This document shows positions 16,489 to 33,678 of a stretch of 64,000 nt of DNA, in pieces. Each line of letters begins with the position of its first letter. Position 1 is the stretch's first letter. Location: NCBI RefSeq assembly GCF_009914755.1, contig NC_060925.1. The stretch is one strand, 5' to 3'. This stretch comes from the human T2T-CHM13v2.0 reference genome, Homo sapiens. The notes beneath the pieces are model-generated. The model searched no databases and had not been told where the DNA came from. It worked only from the letters and a program-made list of their open reading frames with translations. The translations under genes and the position numbers were made by a program.

Positions 16489-16939
16489 TTAGGCCTCCTG
16501 ATTCCCAATTCAGAACTCTCCCAGAAATGTGGCTATATTTCTAAATTCAGGCAGACAACGAGATTAGGTTTGAGATAATATGGGTGTCTGTCTTAAGGAG
16601 CATTTAGTTGGAGGAAACAGAAACCAATTCAAAGTACCATAGATTAAAGGAGGAAAAAATAAAAAAGTACAGCTGGCCCTCATGAGTTCTAGCTCCTGGA
16701 ATCAGAAACTAGAAAGGGGACAGGACGCAAAACAGTTACCGTTTCAAACTGTGAAGCAGCAAGGCCTCTGGCTTCTGCATCTGTCTTTCACTCTATGCAT
16801 GCTCCCCCTGCTCCATTACTACTTTGGCATATCCTAAATATGGCCACTCCAGCCCCAGCTTTAAGTGGCTTCCTTAAGTCAAATTGTGCCCAACAGAAAG
16901 TGTCTCTCTGTGTAACTATATTCCTAGACAATAGAGCAA

Positions 16940-18222
<1,283 letters not shown>

Positions 18223-19608
18223 TATCTTACTTTTTAAGAAAAACAAGTATAAATTACCCACTCACCACCCTCCCCCCATGAAAAACTGGCCCAGAGCCTT
18301 TGAACAAATGTTTCTAATCACCTCCTATGGTTCCTAGTTAATTCAAATTTTCAACTTGTTTAGTTTGACTGACTTTGTTCCTTGCTTCCTGGTGTCTTCC
18401 TGTCTGACCTAGCTATAGCATTCAGCACTTCTGACTATTCCCTCCTTCATCAAACTGTCATCTCCAGTGGCTTCTGTGACTGTACTCCCCTGGCTGTTCT
18501 ACCCACCTGGCTGTTCTTTTGTCTTCTCTATTTCCTCCTCCCACCTCTCAAACATGAGTATTCCCCAAGACTCACTTCTCACCCCTTCAACCTTTTCTCT
18601 TTACTCTCTCTCCCTAGTTCTCATCTACCCACGATTTAAACCAGCATCTCCCTGCAACTGACCAGCAAATCAACTTCTCCAGCTTGAACACCTTTCCTAA
18701 GTTTTAATTAAACGTTTAAACTAAAAACTGTACTCCTAGCTCCTGGATGTCCCACCATTTCCTCAAACTCAGTATCAAAGCTATCCTCCTGAGACCCTAT
18801 TTCTGTTCATGACGGAGTCAACTTTGGTTCCTCCTTTTTTCTTAACCCCCAATTCAGAGAGTTACTAAGTACTGCTGTTCTTCCGCACAGCAGTACTTAG
18901 TGGGGAAGAATAGCAGTACTTTGTTATTCCTTTCCTTCCAAAGGTGTTTTTCAGGTCTTCATCACCTCACACTTAACATATTCCTATAGTCTCCTAACTA
19001 GTGAGTCCCTTGAGTTCAGCAACTGTGCCCTAGTCACCTTTGTATCTCCCACACCTACCACAGGGCCTAGCACTGAGCTGTTGCCTAATGGTCCAGCAAC
19101 TCTAAATACTGTTTCTGCCTCCAATCCATTCTACATACTACCACCAGCTTGTCTTTCCAAAATGCTAATTTGTACATGCCACATCACTCAAAGTTTTAAT
19201 GGCTTCTCACTGTCTATGGAATAAAGTCTAAATTACATTAGCCTGGCACTAGAGACTCTATAGCATTTCATTCTATTTATGTGAATACATTGCTTCAGTT
19301 AAACTGCACTAGTGGATACTCCTCTTTCATTCATCTAACAAATATGTATTGTGCATCCCAGGCCCAGCGCTATGCCTTGGAGAACAGAATGAGGTATAAC
19401 ACAGTCCTTGCTCCTTATAACCTAAATCCTGTTCTCCTAATATATTGTTTTAGTTGTGAAGATTCTCCCTAAGGAAGAATGCTTTTCTCATCTTCTCAGC
19501 ATATTTAAGTATTAGAGTCAGCACATCTAGATGGTTCCCCAAGTGTGGAAATTAGGTGCATTTTGGAAGGTAAAACTAGTTAAGAAGAGACAGGTAATAA
19601 ACAATGTC

Positions 19609-19933
<325 letters not shown>

Positions 19934-20086
19934 TTACTGAGTGCTTACTGTGGGCCAGGCATTGTGCTAAGTGATATTATATTATTTAATCTCCATGGTC
20001 TTTTGAGCTATTGTCCTGTGATAACTCAAGCTTGAAGATAATTTATGTTCATCCAACAGTAAATGATGGATAAAAATCCAGATCTA

Positions 20087-20407
20087 GTCCAGGTGCAGTG
20101 TCTCATGCCTGTAACCCCAGCACTTAGGGAGGCCAAGGCAGGTGCATCACTTGAACCCAGGAGTTCGAGACCAGCCTGGGCAACACAGTGAAAACCTGTC
20201 TCTACAAAAAATACAAAAATTGGCTGGGCGTGGTGGCACATGCCTGTAGTCCCAGCTACTAGGGAAGCTGAGGTGGGAGGATCGATTGGGCTCGGGGCAT
20301 GAGGCTGCAGTGACCCATGATCATGCCACTGTACTCTAGCCTGGATGACAGAGCAAGACCCTGTCTCAAAAAAACAAAAACAAAACAAACAAACAAACAA
20401 AAAAAAC
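20087..20407 (+). mobile_element. AluJ-like
   Basis: TSD CCAGATCTA; (CAAA)n tail. Confidence 0.92.
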
Positions 20408-20779
20408 CCAGATCTATTCCAAAAGGGCAAGATTTTAACTTATGCTAGATTGCTTGAACCACTCTAGAAAATGGGGCTATTTGGGGATACCCAAGTCCAA
20501 GGCGACTAAGCTGTTTCAGCTATCTCTGTGGCAAAACTTTAGAATTACTTTAAGATCTATCTGCATCCCTAGTGTCTGACACACAGGAGATTCTATACTT
20601 ATTTATGGCTGCCTAAGTACATCATCATTACCCACAATGTTAAAAATACTTATTTGGGCAACGAATTACAGAGGGAGGAATCCTTGGAGATCATAAAAGA
20701 GATGTTATGAGATGATGCAAAAGGAGATACTGATGATTTCTGAAACCCTCCCCTGATCCATGATTCTCTTTTGAACCAG

Positions 20780-20917
20780 AGACAGGGAACTACACAGTGA
20801 CGGGATTGAAACAAAGACAACACCTTGAGTTCAGCCATAATGAAGGCACTCTCAGTTCAGGCTTCCTACAAGAAAAGGTCTGGGTAATGCTGGTCACCAG
20901 CCTTGTGGCCCTTCAAG
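20780..20917 (+). CDS. CD160: CD160 exon 5: stalk and hydrophobic GPI-signal segment (ETGNYTVTGLK...VWVMLVTSLVALQ)
   Basis: Acceptor AACCAG|, donor AAG|GTATGT; 138 nt; ORF 20797..21084. Confidence 0.95.
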
Positions 20918-21084
20918 GTATGTCCAAAAGAGCCGTAAGCACCCCAAGCAATGAGGGTGCTATTATATTTCTGCCACCTTGGTTATTCTCCAGGAGGAGA
21001 AGGTTGGAAAGGATGTCCAGGGGGAGAGAAAAATGTTACTCAAGCCCTGGCTATCCACAGGAAAGTTCAAACCAGTTTCACTGA
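20918..21084 (+). CDS. CD160: CD160-TM isoform C-terminal extension (intron 5 read-through, total 234 aa)
   Basis: Frame stays open past the donor to TGA 21082-21084; 73+327+305=705 nt = 234 aa + stop, matching the known TM isoform. Confidence 0.85.
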
Positions 21085-21730
21085 TCCAAAGGCACTAAGG
21101 AGGAAGACAGATAAATCAGACTTTTCAATGGGTAGGAGGTAAGACTCATTAGGAATGAAGGCCTGTGAGAGAGGCAAGTTAGTACAACTACCTCTACTCA
21201 CTGCATGAACAGAGGGCTACAAGTTGAAGCAACAGATTTTCAGCTATTAGAGGAAGAAAAGGCAAGAGACAGACTTGGTTTGGAGATGGGTTTTGAACAA
21301 TGCGGCTCCTCAGCAAAGGCTGATGGCCAGATTGAGTATATTAAACACATGTAGCTGAGTCCTCTGAAAACCATTTACCAATATAGATTAGCGTTTTCCC
21401 TATTAGATAACAAAAAGTGAAACTTCCAATAATTTGTCATAACGTTTTTGCATAACAAGCAACTGATTCAGGTTTTTGCCTGGCCTTGGCATTCTTAACT
21501 CCATTTTATTTAGGCATTCCTCAAATCAATAACTACCACTGTTTTGAATGGCATCAGAATGTAAGCTCTATATATATGTAAGGACTTTGTCTTCTTTACC
21601 CCAACGAAAAGTCCCACACATATGGCAGGCTCTTAATAAATTTGTTAAAAAACCTGTATGATGAATCAGATGCTTTACACATGATGATTCTAACCTTATA
21701 CAACCCTTGCAAGCAAACATCCCCTGGTTA

Positions 21731-22055
<325 letters not shown>

Positions 22056-23269
22056 GAGTTAATTGTTGCCCGTCACAGCAATTAATACAGATCCTTCTCA
22101 CTCTAAAACCTTACACTCAGTAATGATCTACTATATGCAAAGCACCTCTTACATCCTTCACCACCCCATTCATTCTGAGATTGACTCCTCCCCTTTCCAG
22201 AAACAGGACCACCTAAACATTCCCTATTCCAGTCCCTTATTTGCAAGTCATCAAAAGAAAACAGAGATTTCAAAAAGAAAACAGAGACCTTATCTGTAAT
22301 CCTTGGTAAGGATCTTCCAAATTTAAGCCTATGCCAGTTTTCAGGAGGAAACATGAATATGAAACAGTCTGACCTTTAGACATAATTTTTTGTTGACTTT
22401 AAATTCCCTTGGTTAGGCCACTGTAACCAGTAAAATAAATTTTATTTTAGAATAAAAATTATAAAGGGGAAATTGAGTCTAGCCATACAACCTACTACTA
22501 GTTACTATCTTTGATTCCCAAGTCATCCTAGAGCAAAAAAAAAAAAAAAAAAAATCATCTCTGGCCTTTTTTTCCTTTTCCACTCAGGTGAAGAGAATGA
22601 GCTTTTGAATCCAATTTTTTGTTTTCTCCTATATTCAATTCAAGTAGCTTTAAAGTTAATCAAAGGAAAAAACCAAAGCTCAATATTTGATTAAACGAGA
22701 AAATATACACTACTTAGAAGCTTTCTTTTCTTTATCCTTCTTCCCCAACTCAAGGCTTAGTAGAATTATTGAAAGAGGTAGTATTCAGTAGAATAGTACA
22801 CATGCTTTTTCAGGTCCAGAAACACCACATAGGTCAAGTTATCATGCTTACATGTGGGGAAAAGGAGGAGGGAGTTTCCTGGACCTCTGTGCCTCTCTCA
22901 GCTCATGAACTAGTTTCAGTGAATATCCTTGTCTTACCACTGTGCCAACAATTCAGAGCTATACGTGGAAAACCTACCTTCAACTTTTTGAGTGGCATCT
23001 ATTGCTTCTTTGATTGTTCCTTCCAGCAAGGAGCGATCAAAGGCTAGCCCCCTTCCCACTCCCACCAGAATCAGATTTGCTCAAGATTACAACCCTAATT
23101 TAGTAATAAGATGCAATACATAAAATAGTTCCCACTTTCCTTTTCCAATCCCTTTACAGTCATGAGGGCCTATCACGCACGCATCTCAGGACAGGTGAGA
23201 CTTCATTATATCAGGTATTTTGTTGCTATTCTAAGTTATAAGGCAGTAATACAAACTTTCTTTCCACAG

Positions 23270-23277
23270 CTTTGTAA
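23270..23277 (+). CDS. CD160: CD160 exon 6 coding part (AL-stop); 3' UTR follows
   Basis: Acceptor TTTCCACAG|CT TTG TAA; total CDS 546 nt = 181 aa + stop. Confidence 0.93.
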
Positions 23278-23668
23278 GCCTTGTGCCAAAAGAAACTTTT
23301 AAAACAGCTACAGCAAGATGAGTCTGACTATGGCTTAGTATCTTTCTCATTACAATAGGCACAGAGAAGAATGCAACAGGGCACAGGGGAAGAGATGCTA
23401 AATATACCAAGAATCTGTGGAAATATAAGCTGGGGCAAATCAGTGTAATCCTTGACTTTGCTCCTCACCATCAGGGCAAACTTGCCTTCTTCCCTCCTAA
23501 GCTCCAGTAAATAAACAGAACAGCTTTCACCAAAGTGGGTAGTATAGTCCTCAAATATCGGATAAATATATGCGTTTTTGTACCCCAGAAAAACTTTTCC
23601 TCCCTCTTCATCAACATAGTAAAATAAGTCAAACAAAATGAGAACACCAAATTTTGGGGGAATAAATT

Positions 23669-23674
23669 TTTATT
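23669..23674 (-). terminator. RNF115: Candidate distal RNF115 poly(A) signal
   Basis: TTTATT on + (AATAAA on -), followed on - by U/GU-rich sequence (TTCTCATTTTGTTTGACTTATTTT). Confidence 0.5.
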
Positions 23675-24058
23675 TAACACTGCAAAGGAAAGAGAGAGAA
23701 AACAAGCAAAGATAGGTAGGACAGAAAGGAAGACAGCCAGATCCAGTGATTGACTTGGCATGAAAATGAGAAAATGCAGACAGACCTCAACATTCAACAA
23801 CATCCATACAGCACTGCTGGAGGAAGAGGAAGATTTGTGCAGACCAAGAGCACCACAGACTACAACTGCCCAGCTTCATCTAAATACTTGTTAACCTCTT
23901 TGGTCATTTCTCTTTTTAAATAAATGCCCATAGCAGTATTTGGAGTCTTTTCTTTTCTCCTAAATCCACAAACTCTCTTCTTTCTCTTTGGACAGATGAC
24001 CTCTTGTCATAGTTAAGCAGAGAGTGGGCAGGATATTCCTGATAGGAGGAACTACATG

Positions 24059-24064
24059 AATAAA
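24059..24064 (+). terminator. CD160: Probable distal CD160 poly(A) signal AATAAA (others at 23510, 23661, 23919)
   Basis: AATAAA hexamers downstream of the stop codon; which one is used cannot be read from sequence. Confidence 0.5.
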
Positions 24065-24207
24065 GGGGTAAGAGCACAGAAATTTAGCTACAGCTCCATG
24101 GTGAGCCATTAAAAGGAAAGAGACACTTTACCTGTGCTCCTTGGCAAGGACCTGCCAAATGTGGGAGCTAAGGTTTGTGGGAACGGAAAGAGATATGGCT
24201 GAAGTAG

Positions 24208-24667
<460 letters not shown>

Positions 24668-25625
24668 TGAGGTTTTGAGATGCTATTTCTGTTTACCTAT
24701 CTGTAAAAAGGGATATTGCCTATTGTATCTTCTCTTTCCACAGAATTGTTCTGAGAATCAAAATGAGAGTCTGGATTTGGGACCTAGAGCCATTTGAGTT
24801 CTGACTCCAAAGTCTCCAAAGCTTTCTCCACTACATCACATTCATCTTAATCTTTCTCTACCTGTTTTAAATAGTTAGTTCTGTGTTTCTAACTAAATAA
24901 TAAACTCACATAGGTAGAGATGTCTTTTGTTTTTACTATTCAAATAATCTTCTGGAGCTACTCAACATTATACAATCACTGGAAGTCTCAGAAGATATAT
25001 CCAACTATAGGAAAAGTTTCAGCCATTGTACTATACTAATTATAGTCCACATATAAAAATCTGTGACACATAATCACAGAAAGGAAACATCACTGCCCAA
25101 GTTTATGAAGACATTTAAGAGCATCAGATTACTAGCTCTGACTCAAACTAAGCGGAATATATACAAAGCAATCCCACTTTGTACATACCAACTGAGTCTT
25201 GCTTCTAAAGAGTTTATTTACTCTGCTTATCTCGAGACTTGGTTAAACAGAAACTTAAAATACTTGTGTCTTGGCTTTCAAAATGTGTTGATACAATTGC
25301 CTTCAAATAAGCCTACAAATTTTCATGCATAATAGGTGGTTTTCTGGACACGCATCTTAGCCCCAATCTGTATGAGTGATTCACAAACACGGGTTTTGAA
25401 CCTGTGAGGCCATGAGGTTATCAGAAGGAATCTATATACCATAATCTTCAGCCTGAATAAATATCTTTCAAATATTTGTATATATTTCAATTGGATGTAG
25501 ATTCTGGTGTGACTAATAAATTAACTTAAAAGCATTACTGAAATCATAGCAGCTTTTTGTTATGTATTCTTTAATCAAAAATACTAATAATATGGCTATC
25601 AAGTTGTTGGAAGGGAATCTAATAA

Positions 25626-25928
<303 letters not shown>

Positions 25929-26611
25929 TAATAATTTTTGGATCTTGAAAATTGTATTTCTTATTAGAAAAAGTAAAGAATCACAGGCTTACATCCTATG
26001 ATCACAGATCTAAGTGTTCTGGTTGAAAGAGGAAGAAGAGGCAACATACAAACTACACTTCTGTGGACACCAAGTGTAGTGTGGCAGGAAAACATAAAGT
26101 TTGCATGTATAAAACCTTAAAAGTTGAATGCCTACAATGTACTTGTCTGTGGCAGGTATGAGAGATCGAAACCTTACAATGTCAATGGGATCAGACAAGG
26201 GCTCTATTTTGATCCTGGAAAGCATCACCAGCTGTATACATTGTATTCTATGCATTCTATTTTAAACCCCTGGAGCAGCTCAGTGGCTCGCTGGCTGAAT
26301 ACTGAGACACTGACATTACTGCAGGCTAGGATTTCCCCCTATAGGACAGCCACTTGTGATACTTACCCCATCAAAGTTTTCCTCCATCTTACTGTGACAG
26401 AACCTACATGAGATTCATTCGGGAAATTCTCAACAAGAGGACTCTATCCTATAAGTCGTCCCCAATCCCCAGATCTCCAATGGATTATTCTTGTAAACAG
26501 CACTTTTACCTTCCGATCGCTCTACCACAGAGGCCAAAAAGGGTTTTCCCCTAACATCCAAATACCTATTCAGATACCAGCCCTGCTCCTTCTCTTAAAA
26601 TCTGTCTTCTC

Positions 26612-26970
<359 letters not shown>

Positions 26971-27865
26971 CTATGCTTCCCTCCTGATTTATTAAGACCG
27001 ACATATTTAATTTGCATTTCTTGAGGGAATAGCACCTGGAAACCAGGGAGAAAGAAGCTGAAGCATGCAGGTCATGAATTATTCAATTTGGTGTCAATAA
27101 TTTGTCAGAAAAATTAAAAAAAATCAATAGATAACCGTATTGTAGTTCAACTGATTATAATATAGAAGCAACGGATAATGAACACCCTTTCCTCAAAGTC
27201 ATTTATTCTCAACCTTTGGAAATGATTACGTTTTTACCTCCAGTGAATCCCTTCATCACAGAGAATAACAGGGTACCAGCCCAAGCCAACAGTGCCCCAT
27301 ACCAGAGAACTCAGGGAAACAAAGACCCTAAAGGTTATGTACAATGAGAGAATCAGACTGTGAGGCTCCAGCTCTCTTCTGTATCCCTGCTCACTTTACC
27401 TCAGTGCACACCATATCCCTTCTTCCTCCATTGTGAAATGTGCATACACGTGTTTGTCTGTGAATATATAAATATCTCTATTTACACATATATACATATA
27501 TAAAAATGTGCAATACAAAGACATAAGCAAGGAGTTTTTCCTAATAACTATTTAATCAGAGACTGATTGGAGAAAAAACAAGTTCTTCCCCTCAAATTTT
27601 CCTTCTAACTTGAGAACCAATTCCTGGACCAATTCCTGCTCAAAGAAAACATTTAAGAAGCACCTGTCGGCTGGGAGTGCTAGCTCACACCTGTAATCCC
27701 AGCACTTTGGGAGGCCGAGGCGGGTGGTCACCTGAGGTCAGGAGTTTGAAAACAGCCTGACCAACATGGTGAACCACTTCTCATAGAGACACATTATTAA
27801 CTTGGTGAAACTTAATTGGGATGAGGAGCACTCTGTATACATGTATCATTTCTGTTTTTCCTCAT

Positions 27866-28635
<770 letters not shown>

Positions 28636-29977
28636 CCTCAACATAAATTAACCTGGACATCTGAGGTGCCTGCCATTATAAGAAGAAACACAACAGATCC
28701 ATTAAGTGGGACAGGTCTGGGAAACAGTAAAATGAGTCTCACATCCTCTATCCATCAGAGCAAAAAAAGTGAAGAAAACTTCATGTAACTTTGTCTGATG
28801 CTGTTTGCTATACTGTGTATAAAAAGGCAGACCCCTATCCAGTACTTTGTTTCCACCCTTTTTAAAGCTACTCAGATCCTTTCTAGTTCTCTAGGCATTG
28901 GTTCTCTATCTGTACGTAAAACTACAACTGCCTGTCCTGGCATCTCCAGACACTGACAAGCAAATATGTCCAGGCTGTCATGATTTTTCTGAGACAACTG
29001 ATATTGTGTACTTGAAAACTGCAATGTGTCCCAAGTTCAACATAGCCTTCCTCCATCTAAGTAGTGGCCAAATATTCATAATACACCTCTAATTTCCTTC
29101 CATCCTCCTCCCCAATTCAAAACCAGTGTGTATTCTCAAGCTACATTTCAGGGGCAACGCACAGTAAGTAGATCTCATTCCCCAAATAAACAATCACTAC
29201 AGAGGTGTAATATGGGAGGTATATGAAAAAACATATTTTATTCCCTCTGGGCCCAAATGAATCATACTTTCTGGTCACAACTTTTAGAGGCAGGCTATTA
29301 TTTCAGCAGGCCACTCTCTCACTTTTTCTGTTCCCTCTCTGACTCCTTCATCCTTTACCAAAGTACAGAGAAACGTTATCTCTAGCCCCCTTCCGTCACC
29401 CACAAATCAGCGTATGATAGTCAACAAAAACTGAGGAAAGACTTCTAGCCAAGAAAAAGACCCATTAAAGAGTGGTGTTTTTGTTCTGATCATTCTAAAC
29501 TGATCATTCTGATCATTGTTGTGTGACAATACAAATGGTGCCCCTCTGTACCTTTTTTTGGTACACCAACAGTTGTTCTATGTCCCCATCATTTCCTTTT
29601 GAGACCTTGAAGTTTCAACAACATTCTTGACCTTCTTAATTTATCCAATGTTAAACACTTGAATGCTACAAAGAGCATGTGCATGGGACACTACTAGGCT
29701 GAAAAAATAAGGCCTACCTCTTCCAGGCCAAGCTGTTTTGGACATGATCACACTGATCAGTTTGAGTCCAAGTATAGCCAGAACCAAGGAGAAAAGGAAA
29801 GTTTCAGAGATGAAAAATAGGCTTAAAAATTAAAATGTGACAATGTAAAATCTTAACTCCTGAAGACCAATGAATTACCAAAAACAGTGAACTGGCTGCA
29901 GACACTTACTGTCTCTATTTCTGTGAGGCAAATTATTTTAAGATTACTAGGAAAAAAGACAGTAAACAATGAGTTGA

Positions 29978-30533
<556 letters not shown>

Positions 30534-30724
30534 GGTAATCATTTTTTAAAATCTCAGAAGCAAAGGTCTCAAACATCTGTCTTTCTGTGCCTGTATGCTG
30601 CCCAACTCATTCCCAAAAAGGAATGGGAATCAGATTCCTATCAACATAAGGCTCCCAATATATGTTATGTAGGTTTCTTGGGAAACTGCATCAACTGAAG
30701 TAGTCTTTAAAAATTAAAATAAGA

Positions 30725-31109
<385 letters not shown>

Positions 31110-31645
31110 TCAAGACAAAACAAAATCATTAGTCTTAGATACCTGAATTTGACCTCGCCTCATAGCTAATGTGATCAAGAGTAGTTTTTTTTTTTTTTAA
31201 ATACAATTAAGACAAAAGGACTTTATATCAGCAGGACTTTAGGGCTGTGGTTCCACTGTTTTTATAGTAAAATACACTAATGGTGGGGTAGAGGTTGGAG
31301 AAGGAGGTGGAAACATCCGTTACAAGGCAACATGACAGACAGCAGGACCCTAACTAGACTTTAAGGAATTAATTCTATTCAGACGGGGGGAGCCCTACAT
31401 AATTAAGTTTCACACTTATAAAATTATCACTCTGAATTCAGGGATAAGAGGCATTTGGTTGTAGATACAATTCCATCTGTAGATACTAACTTTAAATTTA
31501 AAGAAGAAAAACATTCATTGCATTTATATTATGTGTTGAGTTTCTTACATATTCCTAAATCCATCTACTAATTTTTTGTTTTGATACAATTTACAGCTAT
31601 GGTAAGATGATTACCACAGCCCTGATTCAGGTGTGGTCTTTAGCT

Positions 31646-31777
31646 TCAGAAAGTCCATCGGTCATGTAGCTGACTGTCATTGCTAAATCTGTTGCTTGCA
31701 GAGGCCTCAGTGCTCTGGCTTTGCCGAGTAGAGTCCTCACCATTTAAGCTCTTCCTACATACAGGACATGTGTCATG
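31646..31777 (-). CDS. RNF115: RNF115 last exon coding part (HDTCPVCRKS...HDRWTF-stop)
   Basis: Acceptor TTTCAG|CAT; TGA at 31648-31646; end of the RING-H2 domain. Confidence 0.96.
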   Translation of the reverse strand, partial: HDTCPVCRKSLNGEDSTRQSQSTEASASNRFSNDSQLHDRWTF

Positions 31778-32108
31778 CTGAAACAGAAAAATATTAGTCT
31801 ATGTGAAGATCCTGGCCTGAGAAGCTGGGAGTATTGTACACTTAAATAACCCTGAGAATTGTCACATCAAAAATTATGACATGGAACAGAAAAACAATAG
31901 AGAATGCATCCTCATAGAGCATGCACTGGCTCTAAGGTGTGATACCAGGATATCTCCCAAACAGAACTTTAAGCAGAACTGACAGGAATAATTCTAGGCC
32001 AGCAAGTTAATAACAGCTAATACATACCACCAAACAGAACGAACCAGAAACAGTGAGTGATCTATGACAGGAGGGTAACTGCCCATTACTTCCCAATATG
32101 GTCTAGAG

Positions 32109-32628
32109 CAGAGGTCAGCAAACTTTTTGTTTAAAGGGACAGGAAAATTGGCCGAGTGCAGTGGCTCACACCTGTGATCCCAATACTTTGGGAGGCCGAG
32201 GCAGGTGGATCACCTGAGGTCAGGAGTTTGAGATCAGCATGGCGAAACCCTGTCTCTACTAAAAACACAAAAATTGGCTGGGCATGGTGGTGCACGCCTG
32301 TAATCCTAGCTACTCTGGAGACTGAGACACAACAATCACTTGAAACCAGGAGGTAGAGGTTTCAGTGAGCTGAGATCACGCCACTGCACTCCAGTCTGGG
32401 TGACAGAGTGAGACTCTGTCTCAAAACAAATACATAAGGGACAGAAAATAAGTATTTTAGGCTTTGCAGGCCACACCACAGCTGTTACAACTAATCAACT
32501 CTGCTGACGTAGCACAAAAGTAGCCACAATCTATAACCAAATGAACATAGCTGTGTTCCAATAAAATTTTATTTACAATAACAGGTGGCAGGACACAATG
32601 ACCTGTAGAACATAGTTTGCAACCCTTG
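32109..32628. mobile_element. MER58A-like DNA transposon, interrupted by an Alu
   Basis: TIRs CAGAGGTCAGCAAACT / AGTTTGCAACCCTTG. Confidence 0.75.
32150..32435 (+). mobile_element. Alu
   Basis: Inserted in MER58; TSD AAGGGACAG. Confidence 0.92.
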
Positions 32629-32774
32629 GTCAGAAAAGTTCCAAACAAATAACAGTATCAGAGTAAGCCAGGGATTTATGGGATAAAATCTGATCTACTT
32701 GGATCTCGAGGAACTGTTAACTATACCTTTACTCTGAATCATCCCCCAAAGAAGCCATGACTTGCTGTACTCAC

Positions 32775-32890
32775 CAGTTCTAGCCACGGCACAATACAAC
32801 TGCTGTGAAAGAAGTGATTGCAAGGTAACTGCCGGACTTCCTCTTCAACTGTGTAATCTTCTTTGCATACTGGACACTCTAAACCCATAT
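32775..32890 (-). CDS. RNF115: RNF115 exon 8: RING-H2 ([12 protein letters not shown]...[18 protein letters not shown])
   Basis: Acceptor CAACAG|, donor CTG|GTGAGT; 116 nt; C-x2-C...C-x-H-x2-H-x2-C pattern. Confidence 0.96.
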
Positions 32891-33424
32891 CTGTTGAAGA
32901 AGGAAATGCCTTTTAAAGTAAACAGGCAAAAGGAAAGAAGAAAAAACTAACCCAATGTCTCTACCAACCCTACGAATGCATAAAGAAAAGACACAAGAGA
33001 CAAAAGAAAATGTACACCCAAGTAGCAGGCAGCTAAGAGGCATGACTTGTATTTCAAAATGAGGGTAAAGGTGGTAGTAGACAGAGACATGAAAAGAAGG
33101 AATGATGAATGGGGCCTACTCCAAAAAGGCCTATATAGGAACTATATAAGGCCTATTTTTTGATGTAAAGAGTTGGAAGAAATAAACTGGGGCTTAGATG
33201 ATCTGCTCAGTAAAACAGGAAAAACATCTTCCCAATGTGTGACAGCCCTCTGGCAGTCAGTTGCTACTGTGAATCTGTCCACCATAGCCAAGGGATTCAT
33301 CTCAGCAATCTTATCAGTGCAGCGTCTCAAGCCACTTGCCACTTTCACCATGCTCTTTTCAGCATGGGATGAAGCATCCTATTTCAGTGTGGCTGTCCTA
33401 AAGTCCTCTGTAAAAACTGTTAAT

Positions 33425-33678
33425 GAGGTTGAAGGCGGGTGGATCACGAGGTCAGGAGTTCAAGACCAGCCTGGCCAAGATGGTAAAAACCCTGTCTCTA
33501 CTAAAAATACAAAGATTAGCTGGGTGTGATGGTGAGCGCCTGTAAACCCACCTACTCAGGAGGCTGAGGCAGAGAATTGCTTGAACCCGGGAGGCGGAGG
33601 TTGCAGAGAGCCAAGATTGCGCCACTGCACTCCAGCCTGGATGACAGAGCAAGACTCTGTCTCAAAAAAAAAAAAAAA
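33425..33678 (+). mobile_element. Alu, 5' truncated
   Basis: Alu body and A tail. Confidence 0.9.

Noticed and set aside
33142-33529. Opposing ORFs in RNF115 intron 7
   Set aside because: No recognisable homology, and one runs into an Alu; exons 7 and 8 already join in phase
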